Positions 31,314 through 32,000 of a stretch of 32,000 nucleotides of DNA are shown piece after piece; positions within the stretch are counted from its first letter, which is position 1, and each line of letters opens with the position of its first letter. Below the pieces are notes generated by a model, which did no database searches, had not been told where the DNA came from, and worked only from the letters and a program-made list of their open reading frames with translations. This DNA comes from Actinomadura macrotermitis (GTDB taxonomy: Bacteria; Actinomycetota; Actinomycetes; Streptosporangiales; Streptosporangiaceae). The stretch is taken from NCBI RefSeq assembly GCF_009604375.1, contig NZ_WEGH01000002.1, positions 364,073 to 396,072 of the forward strand, written 5' to 3'. The position numbers were made by a program, and so were the translations under genes.

Positions 31314-32000
31314 CATCGCCCTGCGGCGGACCCTGCCCGCGATGCGGGCGGACGGCGGTATCGAGGTGCGCGCCATCGCGAGCCGCGACGTCGCGAAAGC
31401 GGAGAGGTTCGCCGGCGCCTTCGGCGCCGGGACGGCGTTGGGCGACTACGCGGAGCTGCTCGAACGCGACGACGTCGACGCCGTCTACATCCCGCTTCCG
31501 GCCGCGCTGCACGCCGAATGGGTCGAGCGGGCGCTGCTGGCGGGCAAACACGTCCTCGTCGAGAAACCGTTCACCACCGAGCGGCGGGAGACCGAGCGGC
31601 TCATCGCCCTGGCGCGCGAACGAGGGCGCCTGCTGCTGGAGAACATGATGTTCCTGCACCATACGCAGCACGCCCGCGTTGACGATCTGGTCTCGGGCGG
31701 GGCCATCGGCGAGGTCCGGGCGCTGGCGGCCGGCTTCACCATCCCCCCGAAGCCGCGTGACGACATCCGGTACCGGCCCGACGTCGGCGGCGGCGCCCTG
31801 GTGGACATAGGCGTCTATCCGGTCGCCGCCGCGCTCCGGTTCCTCGGGCCGCACCTCAGGCTCGTCGGCGCGGTGCTCCGCGCCGAAAGGGAGGGCGGGG
31901 CCGTGGTGGGCGGCGGCGTCCTGCTGTCCGATCCGCAGGGGGTCACCGCCCAGCTCACCTTCGGCATGGAGCACTCCTACCACTCCGGTTACGAACTGCG
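31264..32000 (+). CDS. Gfo/Idh/MocA-family oxidoreductase, NDP-hexose ketoreductase candidate (3' partial, runs off window)
   Basis: Strong RBS GAGGAGG-N3-ATG. N-terminal Rossmann RLGVIGCADIA and the EKP motif (HVLVEKPF) are present. The ORF is open to nt 32000. The track shows only the antisense shadow at 31291..31983. Confidence 0.8.
   Translation, partial: MTDGRVPVRLGVIGCADIALRRTLPAMRADGGIEVRAIASRDVAKAERFAGAFGAGTALGDYAELLERDDVDAVYIPLPAALHAEWVERALLAGKHVLVEKPFTTERRETERLIALARERGRLLLENMMFLHHTQHARVDDLVSGGAIGEVRALAAGFTIPPKPRDDIRYRPDVGGGALVDIGVYPVAAALRFLGPHLRLVGAVLRAEREGGAVVGGGVLLSDPQGVTAQLTFGMEHSYHSGYEL

Noticed and set aside
31291-31983. 230-aa minus-strand ORF
   Set aside because: It is antisense to the plus-strand Gfo/Idh/MocA gene, which has a Rossmann N-terminus, an EKP motif and a strong RBS but is absent from the track because it runs off the window.
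1-32000. Search for CRISPR arrays, tRNA/rRNA genes, IS elements or transposase genes, integrase genes and long direct repeats
   Set aside because: Visual inspection found no spaced direct repeats, no cloverleaf-like AT-richer islands, and no transposase or integrase-like ORFs. The only repeats are the short regulatory motifs reported above.

Overview
Very GC-rich actinomycete-type DNA with strong GC3 bias, almost fully coding. I support 29 CDSs and saw no rRNA, tRNA, CRISPR or IS elements. Most of the window reads as one large specialised-metabolite gene cluster that continues past 32000. (1) A nine-gene, translationally coupled minus-strand operon (13322-23829) encodes P450, FAH-family protein, IspB-like polyprenyl-PP synthase, UbiA-family prenyltransferase, SHC-fold class II cyclase lacking DxDD, squalene-epoxidase-like FAD monooxygenase, TauD-type dioxygenase, tryptophan 2,3-dioxygenase and a RebH/PrnA-like Trp 7-halogenase. 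(2) A convergent kynureninase plus AFMID-type formamidase pair (11186-13245) completes a halogenase-fed kynurenine route with no recognisable kynurenine 3-monooxygenase. (3) A second minus-strand operon (4195-9419) encodes methyltransferase, FadD-like adenylating enzyme, an unusual carrier-protein::flavin-reductase fusion, P450 and an alpha/beta hydrolase. (4) A plus-strand block (24058-32000) encodes an 860-aa tandem methyltransferase, P450 plus ferredoxin, a PapA5-like HHxxxDG acyltransferase, a sugar O-methyltransferase-like protein, an RmlC-like epimerase and a partial Gfo/Idh/MocA sugar ketoreductase. (5) A P450, serine hydrolase and TetR operon lies at the left end. The working inference is a chlorinated Trp/kynurenine/anthranilate-derived, polyprenylated, epoxide-cyclised, acylated/glycosylated meroterpenoid that I cannot match to a described pathway from memory. 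Non-coding signals include a shared upstream cis-element in 3-4 copies, an 18-bp perfect palindrome operator, a near-consensus leaderless promoter with embedded palindromes, and at least eight rare TTA codons, six of them within the first 31 codons of structural genes. All family calls come from motifs read by eye; no database search was possible.
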